Assembly (NCBI RefSeq): GCF_006345805.1
Contig: NC_043012.1
Location: 8,122,001 to 8,186,000, forward strand
Direction: 5' to 3'
From: Octopus sinensis
Taxonomy: Eukaryota
Length of the DNA stretch: 64,000 bases
Each line of letters begins with the position of its first letter. The first letter of the stretch is position 1. The notes beneath the pieces are model-generated. The model did not search any database. It was not told the origin of the DNA and worked only from the letters and a program-made list of their open reading frames with translations. Of this stretch, positions 50,931 through 63,490 are shown piece by piece. A program made the translations under genes and the position numbers.

Positions 50931-51727
50931 ATGTTTATTGGTAACTTACAGAACGGTTAGGTAGAAGCTTACAGAACAGTTTGGCAGAAAATTTCAGCAG
51001 AGTTTTGCAGTAAATTACAAAATTATTTGGCGGTGTCTTTATGGAATAGTTTAACAGTAGTTTACAAAAAGGTTCAGCGGTAATGAAATGGCAAGGAAAG
51101 GATACTCCTCCAAATTGAAAGAAGGCAGAGTGAGTGAGTGGAATGAATTGTTGAAATAACTTGCTGTAGGAAGACAAAGGAAGAACATAAGAGACTAACA
51201 AATGGCGGTGAAGATTATAGTAATTAACAGCACTAATTGTGACAAACTGTTGCTGTAATTTTCTTGTCACCTTACAAAAGGTAGGTAATGGGTCAGGTAT
51301 ACTGGGGGGGGGGGAACTATTAGAGATTGTTAGGTTAACATAGGAAATAACAAAAAACAATAATAATCAGTAACATTCTTTCTAATAGCATTTAATTTTG
51401 TTAATGTCCACGTTAGCACAAGGAAGACCAGCTTTAATCCAGGAGGAGGAGGAGGAGGAGTGAGTGTGTGTGTGTGTTAGCACGCCGGGCGAAATGCTTA
51501 GCGGTATTTCGTCTGCCGTTACGTTCTGAGTTCAAATTCCGCCGAGGTCAACTTTGCCTTTCATCCTTTCGAGTGTGTTTTTGTGTGATGTAGTGTGCGT
51601 AGTGTATGGACATATTCACACAATATATGTGCGCATGTTTTGTATGGTATTTGCATGTATGTTTGTGTGCATGGTGTGTATATAAACAAGTGTGTCTATG
51701 GCAGAGGTGTAGATTATCACCATATGC

Positions 51728-51878
51728 GTCTGTGTGGTAAGTAGCTTGCATACAAACCACATGGTTCCAGGTTCATTCCCACAGCGTGGCAACTTGGGCA
51801 AGTTTCTTCTACTATAGCATCGGGCCAACCAAAGCCTTGTGAGTGGATTTGGTAGACGGAAACTGTAAGAAGCCCGTC

Positions 51879-51929
<51 letters not shown>

Positions 51930-52130
51930 GTTTGTGTGTCTGTTTGTCCCCCAACTTCACTTGACAACTGATGCTGGTGTGTTTATGTCCCTGTAACTTA
52001 GCAGTTCAGCAAAAGAGACCAATAGAATAAGTACTAGGTTTACAAAGAATAAGTCCTGGGGTCGATTTGCTCGACTAAAAGGCGGTGCTTCAGCATGGCC
52101 ACAGTCAAATGACTGAAACAAGTAAAAGAG
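51728..52130 (+). mobile_element. SINE family A
   Basis: Colinear with 82-480. Confidence 0.88.
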
Positions 52131-53432
52131 AGTATATGTGTATGTATATGGTATTTGCATATATATATCAATGTGTGTGTATGTATGTGTGTGCGCATAC
52201 GCATAGTGTAGATTTTCACTTTGTGTACATATGCATGCACTGTATATGTATGCATATGTTGTGTGTGTGTGCATATAGCGTGAGTGTGTGTGTGTGTGGT
52301 GCATGTACATGTGTGTTGTATGTGTGCGCATGTGGTGTAGATTTCTCCCCTGTATGCAAATGACATATGTCACTCAGTGTATAAATATAAGTCAACCAGG
52401 AAAAAAGATCTCCTATAAATAGCCATGTTGATATCCATTTCCTCTCCATCAAGACGACTGGCTGCTCAACGGTATTTTAAGGTTTCTTCAATAATCAAAT
52501 GGTAAAAATAGTCAACGAACAAATCTGAATCAAATTTAAACATCCCCCCCTCCCTCACTGCCCCGTCGCAACCTTTCTTTTAAATGTTTCAGTTTCTCTT
52601 CAGAAAGTTTTTTTTTTTTCTAATTAATTAATTTACTTTCTACTACCACAAGCACTTACTGACCTTTCTTGACCTTTTCAACTCAGAACCCCCACCCAGA
52701 TTATTATTTGTCTTTATGTCCCCCCCCACTTCCATCTGTTGTTTCATAGCAACAAAGAGGTTTGTGAGTGTGTGTGTGTGTGTAGTAGAGGTTTAAAAAC
52801 CTCCACCACCGTCAAACAGAAACCCTCCAATGTCCTCAGGATAAGATATTAACTAACCAAGTTCCTCACATGCAATTCACAACTCTAATTCTTCAAGTGG
52901 CATATGGTAAGTCTGAAACACTCCACAGAATGATGGTCACCAGTACCTTCCTGTCTCAACTACCCCTTCCATTCCCATCCTACCCCACCCCATTCCATCC
53001 TACCCCTGCCTTCCTATAGTTTTTGTTTTCCGTGTAAAATACTAAGATGTTAACCTACAAGAAATAGCACACCGCCACCACTGCCACCACCACTACCACA
53101 GATGCACCATGGCTAGGACTGCTTTGATCATAAATCTGCTGGATTAGGATTGACCTATGGTTAAGCAATAACTGCAAATAATGAAAGAGACTCGACATAA
53201 TTGTTTGACCAGCTGGAAAAAAGAGACCAAATTTCTCTCAAACCAGATACAAAATGAAGTGGTGATGGTCAAAGCTGGAATGCTTTGATTCAAAGGTTTC
53301 TAAGATCAGTGCTAACGAGGGCCTAAACAACATCTTTAGGTTAGCTAAATATAGTCTCTCACCAACAATGAGAAGAATATTTCAATAGGTTTCACAAGCC
53401 ATATTAACCAATAAGGCCACAAAGAGACAGAT

Positions 53433-53640
53433 TCTACCTCCTCCTGGCCCCAGATAAATAAGCTACCTCACTAAAATTCATCTTATATAATACAAGGGGA
53501 CAAACTCTGCCTCCTCGTGACCCCAGATAAACAAGCTACTTCACTAAAATTTGTCTTATATAATGCCACAAGGTGATAGACTGCCTCCTCCAGGCCCCAG
53601 ATAAACAAGCTACCTCACTGAAATTCGTTTATATAAAACA
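53433..53640. repeat. Tandem repeat ~73 bp x3
   Basis: CCTCCTC..GGCCCCAGATAAA.AAGCTAC.TCACT.AAATT repeated. Confidence 0.85.
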
Positions 53641-53884
53641 TGTCAATATTTAAATTAAAAGTAAGGCAGAAAGCTAGCAGATCTTTAACACACCAGACAA
53701 AATGCATCATGTCAATTCCTCTGCTTTTATGTTCTCAGTTCAAATTCTGCAAAGGTTGACTTTGCCTTTCATCCTGCTGAGGTCAGTTAAGTACAGGAGT
53801 TGATGTAATAAACTTACTCTGTCCTCCTTGAAATTGCTGGACTTGTGCCAAAATTTGAAATCAGTATTTGAATTAAAAACTCAA

Positions 53885-54235
53885 AACCAGTCAGCGTCTA
53901 CCTACTACTATTACACTCTTGGCCCTCCATCTATCCATGCCCTCACTTCTTTAGTCATCAATCTCTACTATTCATCTTCACCTGGATCATCACCTTTCAA
54001 AGATCACTCTGTATGGTGAACTCTCCTCTGGTCACCTTGATAGAAGAGCACCAAAGAAGACATATAAGGACTCCCTAAAGAAATCCCCTTGTACCTGCCT
54101 GATGAGCCTATCTCCCCATGCAGCCTCTGTGCTCGTGCCTTTTTGTTCCAAATCAGATTCGTTGGGTATCGGCAGGCTTGCAACAGATTTGGACATTCCC
54201 ATTTGTAAATCTGGGCTCACAAACCAAAGTCAAGA
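53885..54235 (+). mobile_element. Degraded RTE/BovB-type LINE 3' remnant
   Basis: LSKITLYGELSSGHLDRRAPKKTYKDSLKKS, then a decayed CxxC zinc-finger segment (CSLCARAF...RQACNR). Confidence 0.8.
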
Positions 54236-54384
54236 AAATAGAATAATGCATTTAGAAGTGGTAGTAACAAAAATATTTTATTTGGTTAAGTAATGTGTAA
54301 TTGGGCATGAATTAATAGCTTATTTCAATTGGTAATTAATTAATCAATGAGAGGGACAAAGAAATAAGTCAGATATTTTGTCAC

Positions 54385-54663
54385 CATGCCAGCATCGGTC
54401 CGTTGCCAGCATCGCCTGGCCCCGTGCCGGTGACACGTAAAAGCACCATCCGTTCGTGGCCGTTCGCCAGCTCTGTCTGGCACCTGTGCAGGTGGCACGT
54501 AAAAAACACCCACTACACTCGCGGAGTGGTTGGCGTTAGGAAGGGCATCCAGCCGTAGAAACACTGCCAGATCTGACTGGGCCTAACGAAGCCTTCCAGC
54601 TTCACAGACCCCAGTTGACCCGTCCAACCCATGCTAGCATGGAAAGCGGACGCTAAACGATGA
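54385..54663 (+). mobile_element. Family E, young copy (older copies at ~17730, 36870, 37815, 40885, 43885, 48150, 57655, 63095)
   Basis: Same diagnostic motifs. Confidence 0.85.
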
Positions 54664-55309
54664 ATGGCACCATCTCCAAATATGCAAAAACGGTTTCCAA
54701 ACATTCCCATTCCAGTGATCTGCTGCTAAACTTCTACAGTAACAACTCAACAGCCAAATCCTATAGAAACAAGACAGGACATTCTTTATGCACTGAGCAT
54801 GAGAAATTGTCCCAAAAGCCATTTTATCAGCTGGATGTTGAAGTGATTCCAGCTGCTGAAAACTGGACCAAAATTGCAATAATGAAGAACTAATATTCAA
54901 AACTTTTAACACGTAATGCCCAAGTTATACAACTTTTTAAAGGCACTGTGTGTTCCATTTTATTTTTTATTTTATACTCTCCTCCCCCTCCTGTTTAACA
55001 TACTTTCTCTTTCTCTCTCTCTCTCTCACACACACAAACACACTGATTCACCCATCCATTCCTCCCATACCCTGCACTAATAACTATATCTGAGTTCTTC
55101 CTCTTCAGAACACTGGCCCTCTGAAATTCCCTCCCTGCTCATATCTTTCCTGTAAGGATCAACTTTCAGCAGTGTAAACAGCATTCTCACCAGTCTTGGA
55201 GGCTCTGCAAAAGCCATTGCCACTGATCTCTCTTATAAACACAGCAAGTTATAAATAAAATAAAATCCACTACTGTTCCCTGTTAACCAGCCAGCTGACT
55301 AATACATCT

Positions 55310-55680
55310 TATCTTTCACTTGTTTCAGCCATTGGACGGCAGCTGTGCTGGGACAGCCCTCGCTAACAGGTTTTTAGTCATACAAATCGACTCCAATATT
55401 TATATTTTAAAGCCTCATACTTATGCTATTGGTCTCTTTTGGCACTGGGATGTTACAAGGATATAAACAAACCAACACCGGTTGTCAAGTAATGGTGGGG
55501 GGACAAATACCTAAAAACACACACACACACACACACATCTATATATAACAGGTCTTTTTCCAGTTTCTACAAAATCTACTCACAAGGCTTTAGTGAGCAA
55601 GACACTTGCCCAAGGTGGCATACAAATGGGACTAAACCTGAAACCATGCAGTTGGGAAGCAAGCTACTCACCACACATCC
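55310..55680 (-). mobile_element. SINE family A, diverged
   Basis: Reverse-complement similarity. Confidence 0.75.
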
Positions 55681-56086
55681 AAGGCTATATCTATGATGAC
55701 TAAATTGAGTAGAGTTTACAACAAGAATAAGACAACAACCGCATAAAGTGGCAAACATACTTTCCAGCCAAGTTGGTATTTAAAGAGTTAATCATTAATA
55801 ATTAGCATTAATTATTAATAATGAGAAATATTAAAATACTTCAATGAAAAGAAAACGTGACTTTTCTAAGATATTTGGGAATATAAACCAGCAGATTCTA
55901 GCCTTGTCTCTTATTCTTGACATTTGGCATTCATCCCTAATTTTTCATAAGAAACTAGAATAAGCAATTTGTCCGAAAATTCTTTCTTTGCATTGTGGGA
56001 GCCATTTTACAGCCAAGTTGACTGAGATAAATAGAACAATGCTTTAAGTTGGATTCATTGTACGAGTTACATACAAATATATCCAA

Positions 56087-56412
56087 GCTCTGACACTAAT
56101 GTGTCAGAGCTATGCCATCGGGAACTTCGGTTCCTGGTAGGGCCACCCAAGGCAGATTGGTCTGACACCGAGTGGTATTAGGGCCACAACCCGGCAGACG
56201 GGGCTCTGGTGAAAAATCCTCGGAGTGTCTGCTTCAGCAACCGACGGCTCCTCGGTTGTTCTGTCCCTGCGTCTGCAGACAATCTGCGGCAAACAGGATG
56301 TCTCCACATGCGGGATTGTTGGGGACCGCTTGTGAAATCCACATATTCCCACAAACATTCTTGAGTAGAAGCCGACTCAACCCGCCCAGGGTGAGTGTTG
56401 CCACAAGTAAGT
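56087..56412 (+). mobile_element. Young non-autonomous RTE-derived retroelement with a 12-bp TSD
   Basis: TSD AAATATATCCAA at 56075-56086 and 56413-56424; RTE/BovB 5'UTR-like motif GAGCTATGCC...GGTAGGGCCACCCAAG; (AAGT)n tail; CpG-rich. Confidence 0.78.
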
Positions 56413-56480
56413 AAATATATCCAAAGCCAGAGTCAAGCCAGCTATTTAGCCAAAGGCTTAAATATTTAGCCAATGTCTAA

Positions 56481-56932
56481 CCTTTCAGCATTCAGATTAC
56501 CCTGGCAAATGTGATACTTGTTTATTCACAAAGTTTTTAGTTAATCATGCATCGTCTCGTAGCTTTCAGAGTTCAATGATGTGATTAATTTTAGTGTGAC
56601 ATTGTAGGGTAGGTATAAGAGGCCAAATCTGGCTGATCTGATCATAAAATAGTCAGGATATTTGGACCAGGCATGGCCAGTTTCAATGTTCAAAGGTTAA
56701 CAGAACTGTCATTTAAAGACAATTAAACCCTTTAGCGTTTAAACTGGTCACATCCAGCCCAGATATTCCACTTGTTTGACATTCAAATCAGCCACATCCT
56801 GTCACTCACACCTACTCTACATTCTAAAAATATGCAATCGTAATCTTGAAGCTACAAGATAATACATGATTATCCGAAACAAGGAGAATAAATAAGCATT
56901 ACATTTGACAAAATAATCTGAATGCTAAAGAG
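56481..56932. mobile_element. Two P2 MITEs in inverted orientation (56481-56696 and 56728-56932)
   Basis: CCCTTTAGC...GCTAAAG(A/G)G termini; the bodies are diverged reverse complements of each other. Confidence 0.7.
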
Positions 56933-56989
56933 TTGGACATTAAAAGAAAGGAAAAAGAAAAGAAATAGAGGGAGAAAGAGAGGTAGAGG

Positions 56990-57034
<45 letters not shown>

Positions 57035-58584
57035 CATAATAGTCAGAGAAACAGACAGGAAGGTCATGTGCGTTACACATCGCACCTCATGTTTTCTATT
57101 ATATATTATTGCAGCTTTAATCAAATTTCATGAGAATTTATCAAGTTATTTCTATCTTCTCCTCCTCTCTAATAACACCTCTCTCTCTCTCATTTACCAT
57201 ATTAATACTACTAGCACCACTCTTGGTGGTTCTCCTGTTCATTCTCATATATTCCTGTTTGAATGCTAGTTTGAATATCTTTCACATCATAGCCACTTGG
57301 CTTCTTAAGTCTTTAGATGTCCAAGAGTTATGTTGCTCTGTTGCAGAGGTTAGCATAGCTAAACAATTTACAGCACAAGTGGTTTTTGATGCTGCCAAGT
57401 CAGTGGTTCTCAAACAGGGTTCATATGACTTTTAAGGGTCCCTATAAGATTTTGTTGTAAAAATTTATATGCAATAAACTGGTTGTATTTCTACAGGGCA
57501 TCAAATATTTCAACAATTGTTTTTAATACAAACTCCTAATAATGTTTAACTGAAGCAACTTATTCTCTGTGTGGGGGGTGGGGGGTTTATAAATAAATGA
57601 AGAAGAAAGAGAGGGTGAGATGCCTGGTGAAAACAGGCAGCAATGGTACACATTATCATCATTTAACATCTGTTGTCCAGGCTGGCATGGGTTGGACAGT
57701 TTGACCAGGCTGGCACACTGGAAGGCTTACATCAGACTCCAGTCATGGTTTTCTATGAGTGGATGCTCTTCCTAACACCAACCACTCAGAGAGAGTAATG
57801 GGTGCGTTTACATACCACCAGCACGGGTGCCATTTGCATGACACCTGAATGCTTTTACATGCCACCAGCATGGGTGCCAATTTGTGTGACACTGGTATGT
57901 GCCACATCTGCAATTTTGCTCGGCTTCATGGATCTTCTCCTCAAGCACAACATAATGCTAAAAGTCTTGGTCATTGTCTCCGTGAGGCCCAACACTCAAA
58001 ATGAACTCGGCTACTTTACCTCCATGAGGCCCAATGCGATATATATATATATCTACAGAAGTTCCTAATATGATAATCCAGGCTTACTTGGAAGAAACAC
58101 AGTAACCAATGGCTTACAGTCAGAAAACACAACAGACAATTCAAACACCCGGTTGCCTGACTACTACTGCTGCTGTTTAGCTTTCAATGAAAGCTGAATC
58201 AATAATATTAAGTAGCTGGAAGATTAAAGGACTTAGGAATTATCAATCCAGAGAATGTAAATCCATAATTCCTTGCAGTGGCATTATTCCTACCCCACCC
58301 TACCCTCAACATCATCTCTCTTTCTCTTTCTCTGTAGGCAATATAGTTCTACCTGCCTCAGTTCAACACAGGAAATTCTCCACTGATAGACCAAATCCTA
58401 TCCAGTAGGAACTGTGTCTCACATCTGTTTGATATTGTGAGTGAGGAAACAAAAAAATTTCAGATAATGTCCTCTTGTACTCTTTAGCAACGCTCCTTTG
58501 TATTAGTTAACAATGTCTCTTCCTCATATTTTGAGTTCAAATCCTGCTGGAGCCATTGTTTAAGAGCTGATGAAATCAAACTGT

Positions 58585-58808
58585 CAAGGTATCGGTCACT
58601 CCCCAACAGGTTTATGGTCGAGCCTATGGTAGTTGAGACCTTTGGACCAGAACTTTGCTCACTGCTATTGGGGTGGAGATTGCTGTCCGCAAATGCGAGG
58701 CCCTGCGAGTCAGAGTGGCTGTTCCAGTGCATCTCCCTCGCCATCCTCCAGGACAGCGCCTTTTCCATTTTGTCTGCTGGTATCGTGAGGTATGTTTCTA
58801 TATTGTGA
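58585..58808 (+). mobile_element. CRE-clade RLE non-LTR retrotransposon C-terminal remnant
   Basis: YRSLPNRFMVEPMVVETFGPE...ESEWLFQCISLAILQDSAFSILSAG resembles the CRE end motif PxAVETxG...WLFQRISxAxQRGNAxSI. Confidence 0.72.
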
Positions 58809-59780
58809 GAGGCATTTATAGTCAGAAAAGTTGGTGAACAAGAGAATGGTAAATGAATTGTCAGACAAGAATAGTTACACACACAAAATCAATAATAACA
58901 ATAATATACTAAGGATGATATAAGTAACACTACTTCCACCCTTCCTCCTCCTCCTACATGTGTGTGGGTAGCATGGTGGAGGCGGTGGAGGTGATGGAGT
59001 GACAGAGATGGTGGCGCAGCAGAATGTAATTAATGACTTGCAGTATTTCATCACATCTTGTTATGTTCGGAGTTCAAATCCTGATGACCCCATATGCTTG
59101 CTGGCTCAACTGGTAGCACTTGCATGTGCAAGCTGTTTGCAAAACATCATGGTCAACTTTACCTCTTTTTGTTCAGGGGTTAGTAGCAGTTATGTACTGG
59201 GGTCAATATATATTTACAATAGTTAACTGCACCATCTGTACCCCCACTCCACTGTCAACCATTTGCTAATCTCACTACCTGAGCAGATCTCACTACCAAG
59301 TGAAAGAAAGCAGCCACTACATCATCATAATCATCAGGGTCCATCTATTTATGTTAGGTTTGGACCCTAAAGGGACCCCAATAACAAGTGAAAGCAATGA
59401 CAACTCCATCTTCTGAGTTCTCTCCTCTGACACCAAAAGTGGGGATAACTGAGATGACACAGCAACAGAGAGGTGAAAAAGACAAAATGAGAAAGAATTT
59501 AATTAAATATTCAATGATGATAAAAACTAATCAATTTTCTGGTTGACTTTGTTTCATTGGAATATCTTAGCGAACGTTGAGACAGACTTAATTGGACACT
59601 TCACTGAATCTAAGAGAGAAATGAGGATTTAGTGATAAATCTAGAAAGTTTTTTATTAAAAAGAACATAAAAAAAAACACTGTAAGAGAGGGAAGAGGCG
59701 AAGAAGAGAATGAAAAGTGAAAGAAACAGATAAATAAAAGAATAACGGAAAAAGACAAGTATGTATACTAATATATACTA

Positions 59781-59838
<58 letters not shown>

Positions 59839-60584
59839 GCATGCATGTATATGTGTATGTATACACTATGTGAGAGCGCACATGGGTGTGGGTGTGTGTG
59901 TATAATTATATATATATGAAATAATCTTTGTCTAAGTAGTAAGTAGAAATGGTAAATGAGAATTCTGGCAGTTTTAAAGATAACCACCAATATAATCAAA
60001 ATGCCTCCAACATTTTATATTGCAAAATATAAATATAAATTTTAAAAAATAAAAGTTGCTTTTTTTTTTCTTTTGTTTCTAATTAATGTTTCGTCATCAT
60101 AAACTTAATTAAATCGGCCAGGACAATTCCCTTCATTTGCTTTTATTTCTTTTCTTTTTTTTTTTCAAATAAAAAAAAAAAGTATGAGAGGAGGGAGGGG
60201 GGGGGGGGGTCAATCTTCCCTCTCATCCCTACCCCCAGCTGCTTGTTTGTTGGGGTTTTTTTTAATAGTTTTGGGTTTTTTTTGTTGCTGGTTTTCCTTT
60301 TCTTTTTTTTATTAATTAAGTGTTAAGTTTCTTTGGAGACAAATTCAATTTGGACACAAGATATGATAAAGATATTTATTCCATTATGGCAAACACCATT
60401 TAGAAATTATCAGCATTTCTCTCCCACCTCTCTCCCCTCCCGATTACCACCATCACCAGTTTAATTATTAACAGTGTAAAAGGGACAACATGGTTTAAAT
60501 AGGTGGGGGGTGATGAAGGGGACAGTTTAAATTGTTGCGAGTGAAGGCAGTATAAATAGATGAAAAAGGCAGAGGGAGCAATTG

Positions 60585-61063
60585 AAATAGATGAGAGAAG
60601 GGGACAGTTTAAATAAGGAAATAGTTTAAATAGATGTGAGAAGGGGACAGTTTATACAGATGCGAGAAGGGCACAGCTTAGATAAGGAAATAGTTTAAAT
60701 AGATGTGAGAAGGGGACAGTTTATACAGATGCAAGAAGGGGACAGTTTAGATAAGGAAATAGTTTAAATAGATGTGAGAAGGGGACAGTTTATACAGATG
60801 CGAGAAGGGGACAGTTTAGATAAGGAAATAGTTTAAATAGATGTGAGAAGGGGACAGTTTATACAGATGCAAGAAGGGGACAGCTTAAATAAGGAAATAG
60901 TTTAAATAGATGAGAGAAGGGAACAGTTTATACAGATGCGAGAAGGGGACAGCTTAAATAAGGAAATAGTTTAAATAGATGAGAGAAGAGGACAGTTTAT
61001 ACAGATGCGAGAAGGGGACAGCTTAAATAAGGAAATAGTTTAAATAGATGTGAGAAGGGGACA
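60585..61063. repeat. 69-bp higher-order minisatellite (26+26+17) x ~7
   Basis: AAGGAAATAG at 60615, 60684, 60753, 60822, 60891, 60960 and 61029. Confidence 0.93.
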
Positions 61064-61354
61064 GGTTTTAAATCAGTGGTTTTCAACCAAGGTCCATACA
61101 AGATTTTGTTGTTAAAAATCACAAGAAACATATTGGTTATACTTAATGCACAAAATATTTTAATAACAAATACACATATTTGATCTTCACTTCAGCATTA
61201 TTATTATTATTATTATCATTACTATTTGTTTATTTGTCATCACATATTCTGTGACCTCCTCAATATCTATCTGTTCTTCTCTGTGTCTCTTCTTCTCTCT
61301 GGTCTTGTCATGTCTCCTGAGATGAGAGAACGCTGACAAATAAACTAATAATAT

Positions 61355-61570
61355 ATTTCTTTACTGTCCACAAGGGGCTAAACAAGGACAGACAAATGGA
61401 TTAAGCCGATTACATCAACTCTAGTGCGAAACTGGTGCTTTATTTATCGACCTTGAAAGGATGAAAGGCAAAGTCGACTTCGACGGAATTTGAACTCAGA
61501 ATGTAACGACAGACGAAATACCACTAAGCATTTCACCCGGCACGCTAACGTTTCTGCCAGCTCGCCGCCT
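61355..61570 (-). mobile_element. SINE B2 copy (other isolated B copies at ~2690, 35452, 51475, 53660)
   Basis: Reverse complement of 15145-15374. Confidence 0.85.
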
Positions 61571-61714
61571 CAAAGCCAAAATGAAGATCAAATAAACAGT
61601 GCACGTGTCTTTATTGGCAAAATGACCGTCCCCAAATATAACAATATTTCACATCAAGAATCTGGCAAAACAAATACATAAAATGCAATTTTAACAATTT
61701 TTCTTAACACAATT

Positions 61715-62118
61715 CTTTTATTCTTTTACTTGTTTTAGTTATTTGACTGCAGCCATGCTGGAGCACTGCCTTAAAGGGTTTTTTAGAGGAAGAAATTGAC
61801 CTCAGGACTTACTCTTTGTAAGACTAGTACTTATTTCATCAGTCTCTTTTGCTGAACTGCTAAGTTACAGGGACATAAACACATCAGCGTTGGTTGTCAA
61901 GTGATGGGCGGGGAGTAAACAGGCACACACACCTAAACATACACACACACACACACACAGAACAGGCTTGTTTCAGTTTCCATCTGCCAAATCCACTCAT
62001 GAGACTTTGGTCGGCCCGAGGCAATAGTAGAAAACACATGCCCAAAGTGTCATGCAGTGGGACTGAACCTGGGACCATGTGGTTGGGAAGCAAACTTCTT
62101 TACTACACAGCCACACCA
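61715..62118 (-). mobile_element. SINE family A
   Basis: Reverse-complement similarity. Confidence 0.85.
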
Positions 62119-62206
62119 ATAGGATTTTTTTAAAACATCAAATGGCTGTGTGGGTCCAGCAGAGTAGAATAGGAATCAAAGGTTAAAAAAATAGTTGGGA
62201 ACCACT

Positions 62207-62425
62207 CCTTTAGTATTTAAACTGGCCATATGCAGCCAAAACATTCTGCTTGCTCTATGTTCAGGCTGGCCACAACTGGCCTTTCACACCTACCCTACAA
62301 CGTGATTCTAAAAATAAACAATTACACCAACAAAATCTCAAAGCTACAAAGTAATGCATGATTGATTCAGAACAACATGAACAGACAAGCATTATATTTG
62401 AGAGAATTATGTGAATGCTAAAGGG
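62207..62425. mobile_element. P2 MITE (partial further copy ~62860-63000)
   Basis: Ends GAATGCTAAAGGG-TTAA; colinear with the 56728 copy. Confidence 0.7.
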
Positions 62426-62483
62426 TTAAAAAGATGAGCAAATGCATCAGTTTAAATTCATGTGAAGGGGAGGACTGTTTAAA

Positions 62484-62727
62484 TAGGGCTGTGGAGTCGG
62501 AGTTGTGGAGTCATCAGAAACAATACCAACTCCGACTCGCAATGTCTTTATTCTTTGATATAATGAACCAGTTATAACATAGAGGCTTATCCAAAGTACA
62601 AGTGCATGCATATGCTTTATGAGATATGTAGACCACAATCATTTAATTACATAAAGAAGAGTCGGAGTCAGAGGTGCCAATAGTAGAGGAGTTGGAGTCA
62701 AAGTTTTTTGTTTTGACTCGAGTCCTG
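62484..62727. mobile_element. Non-autonomous hAT-like element with GGAGTC subterminal repeats
   Basis: Starts AGGGCTGTGGAGTCGGAGT; multiple GGAGTC/GACTC motifs; decayed right end GACTCGAGTCCTG. Confidence 0.6.
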
Positions 62728-63279
62728 GCAAAGAGGAGAATAATGTCAACAATAGTCATGGACATTGCTTAATGGGAGGTGAACCATGGAACAACAACAA
62801 CAACAGTTCTAAGAGGAAGTTGTTACACTTCTTAGAACAATTGTTAAAGGCTAATTGATTAGCCTTTAAACTGACCATATCCGGCCCAAATATTCTTCCT
62901 GATTCATGTTCAAATCAGCCACCCAACAATGTCATTCCTGAAGTAAAGAGTCACATCACTGAAATGATAAAGCTTACAAGACCATGCAGGGATAATTGAA
63001 AATAATGTAAATATATATATAGGTGCAGGAGTGGCTGTGTGGTAAGTAACAATGGCTAATTAGAAAAGTGTAGAAGTAAGAATTATCGAGATATGGAAGG
63101 TTGTTGACAGGAAGAGTATCCAGCCACAGAAACCAGGCTAAGTGACATGTATGAACATCAGTCTTAAGGAACAGCAGCTCCCTATAAGAAAAGGGATTGT
63201 GATGAGCAGTCCAACTCATGCCAGCATGGAACGCACACAAAATAACAATGATGATGACAATAGTGATGATGCATAAATA

Positions 63280-63490
63280 CAAGGGGCTGCTGAAAAGTTC
63301 CTGGATTTGGGTGAAAGAAAATACAGGAGGATCAGTTAATTATGATTTTAACGAACCTATTCCTCTTTCAGGTTCAGACAATTCAGTGGTCCACGGCCTT
63401 TCTAAGCCCTGTAAGAGAACTCGGAAGGCTGGACCCCATCTAGGTCTTTCGTGATACCCTTAGAGCCAGGAACTTTACAGCATCCCATTG
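63280..63490. mobile_element. Mariner-derived MITE
   Basis: TA-CAAGGGGCTGCTGAAAAGTTCCTGG ... CCAGGAACTTTACAGCATCCCATTG imperfect TIRs. Confidence 0.7.

Larger units (their letters stand above)
61074..62206. mobile_element. hAT-like MITE split by nested SINE insertions; related fragments at 57401-57560 (left end) and ~6160-6320 (right end)
   Basis: Left end CAGTGGTTTTTCAAC, right end GTTGGGAACCACT. Internal pieces match the 57401 and 6160 fragments. Confidence 0.55.

Noticed and set aside
60585-61063. CRISPR-like regular spacing
   Set aside because: The intervening segments are themselves repeated; it is a minisatellite.
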